Part shown: piece by piece, positions 52,471-64,000 of the stretch
Position numbering within the stretch: the stretch's first letter is position 1
Layout: each line of letters begins with the position of its first letter
Assembly (NCBI RefSeq): GCF_001194135.2
Contig: NC_069000.1
Span: forward strand, 15,352,379 to 15,416,378
DNA: 64,000 bases
Source of the DNA: Octopus bimaculoides
Lineage: Eukaryota
Direction: 5' to 3'
Notes under the pieces: model-generated
Databases searched by the model: none
The model's input: only the letters and a program-made list of their open reading frames with translations
Told to the model about the DNA's origin: nothing
Made by a program: the position numbers and the translations under genes

Positions 52471-53003
52471 ATAGATTTTTAAGATAGAGAGAGAACGCGA
52501 TGCAAATAGTGAACAGGGTGTCAGGTTTCTCATTAAAGATTCAATGATTTCTATCAAGTTACTGATATTATTCAATGTTCTCCCACACAAAACATTTAAC
52601 AATCAAATAGTAAAGTCCATCTATCTGCAAATAGAAACCATAATGTTTGTTAGGTGAGCAGTTTTGTAAGTAGGAAGAATCTTGCATTTTGAATAATTAA
52701 CAGGTGTTTTTTTTTTTTTGTCTGAATTTCTCTTTGCAATATTAAATTCATACCATCCTGTTTTAAGGGTAAGCAGGTTGGTAAAAAGAGAAACAGCAGT
52801 TATTCAGCTCTACTTTGCCGCCTTGTCATTGGATCCGAGCCATGGTTTTTGTTTACATGCAGTATGTAATTGGTTGGCGGGTACAAAACAGTCTATTTGT
52901 ACATTAATATTAATATGTTGACTATGGAAGTGTTCCATTGTGCATGCATATATCTTTAGTTTTAATTAACATGGCTAGAGCCAGACTGGAGCATCAAGTT
53001 CAA

Positions 53004-53071
<68 letters not shown>

Positions 53072-53540
53072 GGACATAACATTGATTTCAAATTTTGGCA
53101 CAAGGCCAGCAGTTTTTGGGGGGAGGGGGAGGGGCAAGTTGATTAACTCGATCCCAATGCTCAGTTGGTACTTATTTCATTGACCTCAAAAGGATGAAAG
53201 GCAAAGTGGACCTCAGAGGATTTTCAACTCAGAATGTAAAAGCGGATGAAATACCACTAAGCATTTTGCCCAATGTGCCAACCATTCTGCAAGCTCACTA
53301 CCATTATAATGGACATAATATTAATACCAAGGAGCCTTACATGAGTGATTCTTTTTCTTAGCTAATTTTCACCCAATCAAATTATCCCTTTGTTTTTGGT
53401 ACAAGTCACCCTGATGGATAGACATGCTCACAAAGTGATTTTTGACCTATCAGCGGTCACCTTCAGCATTTGTCTAAGGAGCCACATCACTGCCTTGGAA
53501 ACACTTGCGTCCCTAGGTGGGCATGAAACACCAACCCTTT

Positions 53541-53765
53541 CTGTCTATCTGTCTGTCTGTCTATTTATCTGTGTCTATTTATCTGTCTGTCTATTTATCT
53601 GTCTGTCTATTTATCTGTCTGTCTATTTATCTGTCTGTCTATTTATCTGTCTGTCTATTTATCTGTCTGTCTATTTACCTGTCTGTCTATTTACCTGTCT
53701 GTCTATTTACCTGTCTGTCTATTTACCTGTCTGTCTATTTACCTGTCTGTCTATTTATCTGTCTG
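53541..53765. repeat. 16-bp minisatellite (CTATTTAYCTGTCTGT)n
   Basis: About 14 units; the T-variant block is followed by a block of C-variant units from about 53676. Confidence 0.9.
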
Positions 53766-53864
53766 CCTGCACATGCATTATATAATAAGACAGAGGGGAA
53801 CACAGATTTATTAAAATAAAAAATTGAAAAAGAGGAAAGATGAAGAAGATACCATAAATAGGTA

Positions 53865-53907
<43 letters not shown>

Positions 53908-54475
53908 ACACTAATTCATCAGTCCAGCCCAGTCCACAACACTATTGCTGTGGTGCCCATGAAGACCAACATTGTTTCTTTCTAAAGAGTACCAAATATA
54001 GTTTCCAAGAAGGGAAGGAAATATTCTGGGGTAAGTGGGGTGAATGAGTCAGAAAGAGAGGGGATGAGTCAATAGTGCAGACTATGTGAGAGACAAAAAA
54101 AAAAATCATAGAGAGAGAGAGAGAGAGAGAGANNNNNNNNNNAGAGAGAGAGAGAGAGAGAGAGAGTATGGTGTGGGAGGGAATGAATGCCATGCTGGCG
54201 AAGACACAGACAGACAGGCAGACAGATAGATGAAGTATGAGGGGGAGAAAGAGAATATTAAGTATATATGTCAGCAGCTGAATGAAGTGAACAGGAAAAG
54301 AGAAGGCTGTGTGATAAATGTGAATGGAATGGGAAGAGGGTTAAAATAGGTGAGTCATGTGACCCTATTATGCTTGCAGCCCCTTCTCTGTCCCCACTTG
54401 CCTTTTTTGATAAATATATAAATAGTAAAAGAAAAATTATTTTATAAAGAATTCAATAAATGCCAAAAGGGATAC

Positions 54476-54509
<34 letters not shown>

Positions 54510-54519
54510 NNNNNNNNNN

Positions 54520-54555
<36 letters not shown>

Positions 54556-56326
54556 GGTAAAACTCTTTTACCTTCTGTCCTTCACTTGTTTCAACCATTA
54601 GGCTGTAGCCATGCTGGGGCATCGCCTTGAAGAACATTTAGTAGAATGGGTCACATCTATAACTTATTTCTTTCATCAAAAGCCTGGTATTTAATTCTAT
54701 CAATCTGTTTTGCTGGACTGCTAAGTTACGGGGGACTTAAACAAGACCAGCAGTATTGAGTGAAGGGGAGCTAGTTGTCACCATTAATTCATTAATTCTA
54801 GTATTTGACAGATACTTTATTTTATCCACCCTAACAGGATGAAAAGCAAAGTTGCCCATGGCAGGTTATGAACCCAGAATATAAAAAGCAAGAAGAGATA
54901 TTGTAAAGTAATTTTTCCAATGATTTAACCTTTCTTCCAGCTCATTGCCTTCATTGCAGTGATGACAACAGAAAAACACATCAATCTAGAAAAATTGGAA
55001 ATCTACCACCCATTTACAGTCCATAAAAATTACTGAATACCAACTAATGCATACATATCACTACACTCACTGGTCTATCACAGAGAAGATTTCTTTTTTG
55101 TGTATGTGTGATTACTCTAATCCACTGAGCTATAGGAGACCCCTCATAAGGCCTTTGTTAACAGTTGCAAAACAAATATATATCTTCTATCTTTTAAGTG
55201 TTTCAGTTGTTGGACTGTGACCATGATAACTAAGGTAGTATCTCGAAGTGTTTAGTCAAACAAGTCGACCCCAGGACTTATACACACATAAATATATACA
55301 TACATAAATATATACATTCATATATACATATGTATATATGATGGGCTTCTTTCAGTTTCCATTCACCAAAACAAATGAAGGATTTGGTTGGCCTGAGGTT
55401 ATAAAAGAAGACACTTGCCCAAGGTGCCATGCAGTAGGACTGAACCGAAATTCATGTGGTTGGGAAGTAAATTTCCGACAAGCCAAAAATTAGACATGTA
55501 TTGGTGGTTTACACTTCTTTCTTGTTATACAGGCATACAGAAATGGTGTGAGTGATGTTCACTCCTGATGGAGTGGCAGCAGTAGTCATGACAGAGTATA
55601 TCTGCAGCATTTTATACAAGTAGAGCCAACTCAACTTCCAGTGTGGGAAAAGCTTTTTTTTTTTGTGGTGGTGGTGGTGGTGGGAGTGAGAGTGGGGGGG
55701 AGTGAGAGAGAAGGAGGAGTGAAAAGAATCAACTCAAGTATTGGAGTGATACTCTATTTGTTGCTTCACAAAGAAGAAGTAAAGGTGAAGTTGACCTCAG
55801 CAGGATTCGAGCTCAAAGTGCAGAGGACCAGAAAGAATATCACAAAAACGTTCTCTCCAATGCTCTAATGACTGCCAAACTACTGCCAAAAAAGAAAAAG
55901 GTATTTCAACAATTATTTTGTAAAGGATAAGGGGAGGGGGATGGATAAAGATAGAGGAGAAAGCATGAGAGCAGAGAAAGTAAGGGTGGGTGGGTAAGAA
56001 AGCAAGAAAAGTAGAGAGAAAAAGAGGAAGAAAGAAAGAAAGAAAGAAACATGCATGCATGTGTGAGCACATGTGATTCAGAATCTGACTGTAACAGTGA
56101 ATGTGTGTTAAAAGGTGGTATGTATATCAAGGCTGTATTAACTACCATTCTTTTTTTTTTCTTCAGCTAATGTCTAAACCTAATTTTACAAACTACATAC
56201 CTACCAACGTATATACCATTACATACCATTATACGCATACATGCCATTAGACACACACATACACACAACTATGCATGTGTACACAAAAGAAAATTACTCT
56301 ACCATTGCACATAAGACCTCTATCAA

Positions 56327-56367
<41 letters not shown>

Positions 56368-57552
56368 NNNNNNNNNNNNNNNNNNNNNNNNNNNNNNNNN
56401 NNNNNNNNNNNNNNNNNNNNNNNNNNNNNNNNNNNNNNNNNNNNNNNNNNNNNNNNNNNNNNNNNNNNNNNNNNNNNNNNNNNNNNNNNNNNNNNNNNNN
56501 NNNNNNNNNNNNNNNNNNNNNNNNNNNNNNNNNNNNNNNNNNNNNNNNNNNNNNNNNNNNNNNNNNNNNNNNNNNNNNNNNNNNNNNNNNNNNNNNNNNN
56601 NNNNNNNNNNNNNNNNNNNNNNNNNNNNNNNNNNNNNNNNNNNNNNNNNNNNNNNNNNNNNNNNNNNNNNNNNNNNNNNNNNNNNNNNNNNNNNNNNNNN
56701 NNNNNNNNNNNNNNNNNNNNNNNNNNNNNNNNNNNNNNNNNNNNNNNNNNNNNNNNNNNNNNNNNNNNNNNNNNNNNNNNNNNNNNNNNNNNNNNNNNNN
56801 NNNNNNNNNNNNNNNNNNNNNNNNNNNNNNNNNNNNNNNNNNNNNNNNNNNNNNNNNNNNNNNNNNNNNNNNNNNNNNNNNNNNNNNNNNNNNNNNNNNN
56901 NNNNNNNNAAAAAAAAAAAAAGGAAAAATTCACAGAAACATTCAACATCAAAGCAAACAAAGAAAATGGTAATAATGGAAAGGAAAGGCAAGAAGGAACC
57001 AGTAAAATTTCAAACTCTGTAGAAGCTCTGTTCATTTAAGGTTAGTTAGTATAGTTTAGTCTACTAGTTGCAATAAGAGTCACCAAGACAAAAGTATTCA
57101 TTAGCAAACAATTAAAATCAAACAACAAGAAAAAAGGAAAAGAACAAAGAAAAAGCAACAGACACACACATATATATATATATATATATATGTATGTATA
57201 CAAAAGCTCTAAGATTCTATCTTATCAGACAGAGATATTTAAGTACTGCCATGGTTGACTGGAGATGGGAAGAGTTCAGACAAACTTGGCTTGCAGGTTA
57301 AATAGGAGAGAAAAGAAAACAACAACAACAACAACAACAACAAAAAAATGTTACTGAAATGAAAATGTTAAGTGGTTGTGATGGTGTTGCTGTTAGTGAT
57401 GGCAGTGATTCTTGTTTAGCTCAGGTGCTGGTCTGATCAAACTGATGGACCTGACCTTTTAGATCAAAGTTAGGAAGAGTTCTAGCCATGACCATTCATT
57501 CCATCTTATTATTCAGTTGTTTACAGTTGGTGATGTTTCAGTACTTTTTTAC

Positions 57553-57880
57553 TCTCTTAATTGTTTCAGTCATTTGACTGCGGTCTTGCTGGAGCAGCAC
57601 CTTCAGTCGAATAAATCGACCCCAGGACTTATTCTTTGTAAGCCTAGTACTTATTCTATTGGTCTCTTTTTGCCAAACTGCTAAGTGACGGGGACGTAAA
57701 CACACCAGCATCGGTTGTCAAGCGATGGTGGGAGGACAAACACAGACACAAACACAGACACAAACACATACATACATACATATATATATATGACGGGCTT
57801 CTTTCAGTTTTTGTCTACCAAATCCACTCACAAGACTTTAGTTGGCCTGAGGCTATAGTAGAAGATACTTGCCCTAAGTG
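57553..57880 (-). mobile_element. SINE family B (tRNA-like head, internal (CA)/(TA) microsatellite), representative copy
   Basis: Plus-strand text ttgtttcagtcatttgactgcgg...ggacttattctttgtaagcctagtac...gacaaacacagacac-(CA/TA)n-gacgggcttctttcagttt...ggctatagtagaaga. Other copies, approximate: 15080-15460, 18053-18480, 21023-21313 (head intact), 22660-22860, 31020-31160, 37685-38045, 48040-48125, 54570-54750, 55195-55480 (all minus); 1945-2095 with 2850-3055, and 37030-37170 (plus). Confidence 0.85.
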
Positions 57881-58358
57881 ACTACATTATCCAATGCTTC
57901 ATCATCATACTTTAATGTCCATTTTCCATGCTAGCATGAGTTGGATGGCTTGACCAGAGCTGGCAAGCCAGAGAGCTGCATCAGATTCTAGTCTGATTCA
58001 GCCTAGTTTCTAAAGCTGGATGCCCTTCCTAATGCCGACCACTTTACAGAGTGTACTGGGTGGTTTTTACATGTCGTTGGTACAGACACTTTTATGAGAT
58101 CTTGGAATGGACACTATCATGCAGCGCCAGCACGGGGCTCTTACAGGCCAATCCTTTCCAGCAGGGGGTGAGTGGCATTAACACTTCTGATGTAGAGGAT
58201 GGCTCTTCTTGAGAACAGCAAGGTGCTTCATTTGTCTGAAGTAGTCAGTTGTGATTTGAGAGAAAATTGGTAAACACCTGATTGTTACTAAATTGTCTTT
58301 GTGACCCCAGGTTAGCTCAGACCAAACTGATCTATGATCGGAGGCGTAGGTGTGATGC

Positions 58359-58455
<97 letters not shown>

Positions 58456-58799
58456 TGCACGCATTACATTACATTACATGTATGACATTCTTGTTTTTTT
58501 TTTTTTATTCAGATTCAGTATATCATCTTGGTGGCAACCTATTAATGGTGAAATTGAGAAGTAATGATACGGAAATAAAATAAATAATAATTAATGTGCG
58601 AAAATGAAAAAGAAAAAAAAAAAAAAAAGCAGGCTTAGTTGGAATGTAGTTATACGAGGGTGACAGGAATGTAATTTTGAAGTTTGTATTTAAACGTTCT
58701 AAGTAAAAAAGATCTTGACAGTGTGGGTTGCAATAAAATGAACAGGTAGTTTAGAACAAGTTCTCCAGAATGCAGTATAGGCGAATAAAAACAAAATAA

Positions 58800-59340
58800 A
58801 AAAAAAAACCTAAAAGTACTACCTGCAAAGAGACAACACACACTACCACAAAGAAGCCTTCCTTATTGATATAATTTAACCATTTGGGTACAAGCATGGA
58901 TGCATGTTTAAGATGGTTGCTTCAAAACAACTAAATGATATATAATCATGTGGTCATGTAATCAATCATACTGTCGGATGTTGTTATACATCATTGGTCA
59001 CAATGCGCTTTGCATCATTTTAGCTTTTAAATGATGCCATCCCATTAGTTAGGAATAAAAAATACCTAAACCTACTACCTGCAAAGAGGCAGCACACACA
59101 CTACCACAAAGAAGTCTTCCATGTTGATACCATTTGACCATTCGGGCACAACCATATGTGTGTGTGTGTGTGTGTGTGTGCGTGTGTGTGGTTAAGATGG
59201 TTGCTTGAAAACAACTAAATGGCATACAATTATGTGGTCATGTAATCAATCAGACTGTCGGATGTTGTTATACATCGCTGGTCACAATGCGCTTTGCATC
59301 ATTTTAGCTTTTGTATGATGTCATCCCATTAGCTAGGTGA
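58800..59340. repeat. Diverged local tandem duplication (about 255 and 290 bp units)
   Basis: actacctgcaaagag...cactaccacaaagaag...aagatggttgctt.aaaacaactaaat...ctgtcggatgttgttatacatc occurs twice; the second unit carries a (TG)n expansion. Confidence 0.88.
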
Positions 59341-59802
59341 GCAAGCTAACATTCCCCCTGATCGGAAAGCTAGTCTGTCACAGGGTTACTCATTTACAGT
59401 TGAGTAATATGAAACGAAATATTTTGCTCAAGAACACAATGTGCCACTTGGTTCAGGAATCAAACCTATTTTCTAAAGGTTAAGTGCAACACCCTAGCCA
59501 CTAGGCCACGTGCCTTCACACATGGTACATAATAAACAGACATGTGTGTATGTATCTATATATGATGCAAAAATAGTAATAAAAAATCCCAAAGATGAGG
59601 TTAAAAAAAAAGAGTGTATTAGGTTTACGCTCAAGAAAAATAGAAGGAAAAATCTTTTACATTTTAAGTATACAACTCTTCTACAGAAAGAAAAGAAGTG
59701 GACAGAAAAGAATGAAGGTGTCTCAATTAGATAGTCATGTATATATAGTGGGAACAGGGAAAATAAATTAGGGGATTCACAATATCAAAAATGGAAACCT
59801 AC

Positions 59803-59923
59803 CTTCTCGAACATTGATTATATTGGGATGACTTAGAATTGATAAGATTTTAATCTCCCGACGGATCTTATTGAGGTCTTGTTTGTGCCGAATTTTGTTG
59901 AGCTTTATGTATTTGATGGCAAC
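59803..59923 (-). CDS. NUAK: NUAK-family kinase, internal coding exon (subdomains II-IV), 121 bp; not in ORF track
   Basis: Reverse complement reads cttatag|GTT GCC ATC AAA...CGA GAA G|gtaggt = VAIKYIKLNKIRHKQDLNKIRREIKILSILSHPNIINVRE+G. It contains the VAIK lysine and the alphaC glutamate (RREI). The phase-1 end joins the next exon (G|TG = Val). Confidence 0.93.
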
Positions 59924-60358
59924 CTATAAGAGAAATAAAAACAAAAATATTTCAGTGTTTTTCAAAGAAAGAAAGAAAGGAAGGAAGAAACAAGGAAAAA
60001 GCCTTGAGAGCCAGAATGATAAACTCAACGGGATGGTTGTGGATGTGTGTATGTATGTATATATATATATANNNNNNNNNNNNNNNNNNNNNNNNNNNNN
60101 NNNNNNNNNNNNNNNNNNNNNNNNNNNNNNNNNNNNNNNNNNNNNNNNNNNNNNNNNNNNNNNNNNNNNNNNNNNNNNNNNNNNNNNNNNNNNNNNNNNN
60201 NNNNNNNNNNNNNNNNNNNNNNNNNNNNNNNNNNNNNNNNNNNNNNNNNNNNNNNNNNNNNNNNNNNNNNNNNNNNNNNNNNNNNNNNNNNNNNNNNNNN
60301 NNNNNNNNNNNNNNNNNNNNNNNNNNNNNNNNNNNNNNNNNNNNNNNNNNNNNNNNNN

Positions 60359-60394
<36 letters not shown>

Positions 60395-60518
60395 ACTTGG
60401 GGATGGTCATATTGCCAGTTTAGCCAATAAAAACACAAGCACTGTATATTTGGTGTTAATTTGCTTCAGCTTTATATTTCAACACGATTTCACATAAAAA
60501 ATCTTGCAAAACAAATAT

Positions 60519-60595
<77 letters not shown>

Positions 60596-60837
60596 CATAC
60601 ACACACTCATGTTTTGAGTTCTATTTTCCTGTTTACATTGTCAAACCTGTATATCTATAGGAAAAGTTATTTCCTAATGATATGGACAGGAGAGGAAATA
60701 AAAGTCATGTTGTGAATTCCAGTCACCAGAATTTTGTTGACTTCATACAGCATTTGCAAAGATGAATATATTCATGATTACACCAATACATACATACATA
60801 TACACACACTATGATTGAAAAACAACAATAATAGGAC

Positions 60838-61125
60838 ATCATCATCATCATCTTCGTTTAATGTCCGCTTTCCATGCTAGCATGGGTTGGACGATTTGAC
60901 TGAGGACTGGTGAACCAGATGGCTACACCAGGCACCAATCTGATTTGGCAGAGTTTCTACAGCTGGATGCCCTTCCTAGCGCCAACCACTCCGAGAGTGT
61001 AGTGGATGCTTTTACGTGCCACCGGCATGAAGGCCAGTCAGGTGGAACTGGCAACAGCCACGCTTGAAATGGTGTATTTTATGTGCCACCTACACAGGAG
61101 CCAATCCAGCGGCACTGGCAACGAT
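60838..61125. mobile_element. Dispersed repeat family E (retroelement-tail-like, (CAT)n end)
   Basis: catcatc...gtttaatgtccgctttccatgctagcatgggttggac...ctggatgcccttcct...gccaaccac. Related copies at about 38690-38910 (opposite), 51800-51910, 52205-52260, 57900-58080 and 62600-63030. Confidence 0.7.
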
Positions 61126-61509
61126 GTGACAGCTAAAATGGCTTTGATCATAGGCATGTTCGACCACTGTTGACCCAGGGTTAGATAACATCTCTTATTT
61201 AAATAGGATGGAAGAGAACAGATTTTGATAGACTTGTTGAGTTTATCTGAGAATTTGCAAAAAAATGTTTTTAAATAAAAATGATATTTATTATGACTAA
61301 TAAAAAATAACTCAAAAATAACAATGCATTCAAATAAAATATTTTGGTTCTCCACCTTCTTATGACGTATTAATTTTAGTAAAAATGTTATATCTACTTT
61401 TAGTATACTATATCTACTATTACTATACTATGTCTACACTGCATCGCTCTCATTTCTTACTGCAAATCTCCTCATACAGATTTAATAATCCTTAACTTCT
61501 ACTATTACC

Positions 61510-61558
61510 GTCTCCGATGAAGGGATACATTGAATTTTCCCTGAAACAGCTGTGAGAC
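61510..61558 (+). ncRNA. Minimal hammerhead-like motif (variant core, G at cleavage position)
   Basis: gtct-CCGATGA-AGGGA...TCCCT-GAAA-cagctg-TG-agac; ACAGCTGT is a perfect palindrome. Confidence 0.5.
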
Positions 61559-63061
61559 ATTCTAAATAAAATATAAATTTATTTATGCCATTGGTCTCTT
61601 TATCTCATTCTTTTTATATATACACACGCTAATACATGACCCATGTTATATTCCCCATTCATGTTACAACCACATCTGGGGCAAAACTAGTCGGTATACA
61701 GCACTTATTCGGTATTACCTGTAACATTCGGGTCTGGTTGACTCCATTACCCATCATAACCTTTATATCTACTATTATTATTATTGTTGTTATTATTATT
61801 ATTATTATTACTATTTTATCATTTTTATTTGTTTCGGCCACATTTTCATTAAACAGGACCAAAATACAATTTAGTGTGCCATTTGTATCAACCAGCTGTG
61901 GTCTGGTAATGTCATCAATAAACATGGATGCAGGCTGAAAAAGTTATGCCCATACACACTCACAAATACAAAGACAATGGGTTTTTTGCTAGAGGTCAAA
62001 GTGCAGAGACAGACAACAAAGACAACTATGAATATCAAAAGCTATGGTCAATAACCTTGATGATATGGATAACAGTAAGTATTAATATGGATGATGACAA
62101 TAATGATGATGTAATATTGTTGTTAAAACAAACAGTGAAACCCCTGTAGCTTAACAGTTATTAAAAACATGTCAGCTGCAAAGTCAACAAAACCTAATAA
62201 AAAAAAAGTGAAAAAAAAAAGCAAAAAAAAAACATGAGAACGAAGGAAATTAATGCCCAAAGAACTCAGTTATTTTTGAAACTACAATGATGAAGATGAG
62301 AACAGAAAAATATTTAAAAACCATGTATAAAAGTCAAAAATATGAATTTTGTACGACTGTATGTGAGTATATATATTGATTAGCAGTTTTGAGATATACG
62401 AAATATTAAACAAGAAATTCCTGACAAATAAATGTCATCATCTCTTTTGCTTTTCTAGGCAAAATGTTTTCCACCCTATAATTTAAAGTACTAACTCATA
62501 GTTGTAAAATAAGTAGATTTATATTTCAACTTTCCTTAAATGGATCAATGAGTAAATTTTTTTTGCCATTTCAGATCTTTTATTTAATATAAAAATATGT
62601 ATAACATCATTATAGTCATTTAACGTCCACCTTCCATACTAGCATAGGTGGGACAACAATTTATATAATATATTAATTGTTGATATATATATATATACAT
62701 ACATTACATACACACCATCATCATCATTTAACATTCATATTCTTGTCCACCCTGCTGGGTGGTCGGTGTTAGAAAGGGCATCCAGCTGTAAAAACCATGC
62801 CAAAACAGACACAAAAGTCTGGTGCAGCAGGCCCCTGCCAAGTCAGTTCCAGCCAAACTGTCCAACCCATGCCAGCATGGAAGGCAGACATTAAATGGTA
62901 ATGATGATGATGATTCCATGTTAGCACAGATTTGACAGGCTCCAATGAGCTAGAGGGTTGCATTGGGTTCCTGTGTCTACTATGGCAAGGTTTCTATAGC
63001 TGGATGCTTTTCCAAATGTCAACCAATTTACAATGGTTTTGTGTGGGACCAGCACTACCGT

Positions 63062-63156
63062 GTTTCATGTCCATAAAGCGCTTAACTTTACAGCATTTCT
63101 TGAGACCCTGATGTTGAAGAAATGCTGTAAAGTTAAGCACTTTATAGACATGAAAC
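63062..63156 (-). other. Inverted repeat / RNA hairpin: 40-bp arms, 15-nt loop
   Basis: Arms 63062-63101 and 63117-63156 pair at 38 of 40 positions. The two C/A mismatches (63072/63146 and 63079/63139) are G-U pairs on the minus strand. Confidence 0.9.
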
Positions 63157-63258
63157 CCAGGGTAACCCCACAGACCGGCCATATCTATCTTTATATATAC
63201 ACTCTACTGTTCTATAACTTAGAGTATGCTTCTTTTTTGGATTTATGTTTTACTGACA

Positions 63259-63301
<43 letters not shown>

Positions 63302-64000
63302 GGTCTGCCAAAACTAGGCCGTAACAGCTGTAAGATTAAACTTCTGTTCATCCTCTAATTCCTTATGTACTTTGTACTTCTATATGTAAACCATGTTGGC
63401 AAAATAACATAGTCTGCCATGGACACCTGTGCTTTGGTTCTTTNNNNNNNNNNNNNNNNNNNNNNNNNNNNNNNNNNNNNNNNNNNNNNNNNNNNNNNNN
63501 NNNNNNNNNNNNNNNNNNNNNNNNNNNNNNNNNNNNNNNNNNNNNNNNNNNNNNNNNNNNNNNNNNNNNNNNNNNNNNNNNNNNNNNNNNNNNNNNNNNN
63601 NNNNNNNNNNNNNNNNNNNNNNNNNNNNNNNNNNNNNNNNNNNNNNNNNNNNNNNNNNNNNNNNNNNNNNNNNNNNNNNNNNNNNNNNNNNNNNNNNNNN
63701 NNNNNNNNNNNNNNNNNNNNNNNNNNNNNNNNNNNNNNNNNNNNNNNNNNNNNNNNNNNNNNNNNNNNNNNNNNNNNNNNNNNNNNNNNNNNNNNNNNNN
63801 NNNNNNNNNNNNNNNNNNNNNNNNNNNNNNNNNNNNNNNNNNNNNNNNNNNNNNNNTATATAATGTGTGTGTGCTTGCATACATGCATATATTCACTCAC
63901 AAGCAGGTGGTTAAATAATATCTATAGAACCAGAAATAAATGGGTAGAAGGTAAGAATGGAAACCCAACATAAGGTGATTGAAAGGCAATACCTAAAAAG

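Noticed and set aside
61659-61925. Minus-strand ORF with a possible donor (TTACAG|GTAATA) as the missing NUAK first exon
   Set aside because: No GxGxxG motif or NUAK-like N-terminus; much of it is an (ATT) tract.

Overview
AT-rich, microsatellite-dense eukaryotic (animal) DNA from a gapped assembly. The repeat families look like an octopus or other coleoid cephalopod; this is inferred from remembered repeat sequences, not from a search. One protein-coding gene is supported: a NUAK-family (AMPK-related) Ser/Thr kinase on the minus strand. Six coding exons were reconstructed by hand with GT-AG boundaries and consistent phases: 59923-59803, 48607-48456, 47918-47853, 47395-47276, 46997-46865 and 45520-44349. 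Four of them are absent from the ORF track. The exon carrying the Gly-rich loop and start codon was not found and probably lies beyond 64000. The rest is decayed mobile DNA: several tRNA-headed SINE families, RTE, Tx1/L1-like and R4/Dong-like LINE ends, Tc1/mariner remnants and a TTAA-flanked MITE. The most interesting signals are: (1) eight dispersed minimal hammerhead-ribozyme-like motifs of the Penelope type; (2) a 40-bp near-perfect hairpin in NUAK intronic sequence whose two mismatches both become G-U wobbles on the transcribed strand; (3) an inverted MITE pair bracketing a phase-symmetric 471-nt four-exon kinase cassette, a circRNA/ADAR-type geometry; (4) a CpG-depletion boundary near 37.5 kb, just past a predicted distal poly(A) site. 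Most long ORFs in the track are microsatellite or N-gap artefacts.
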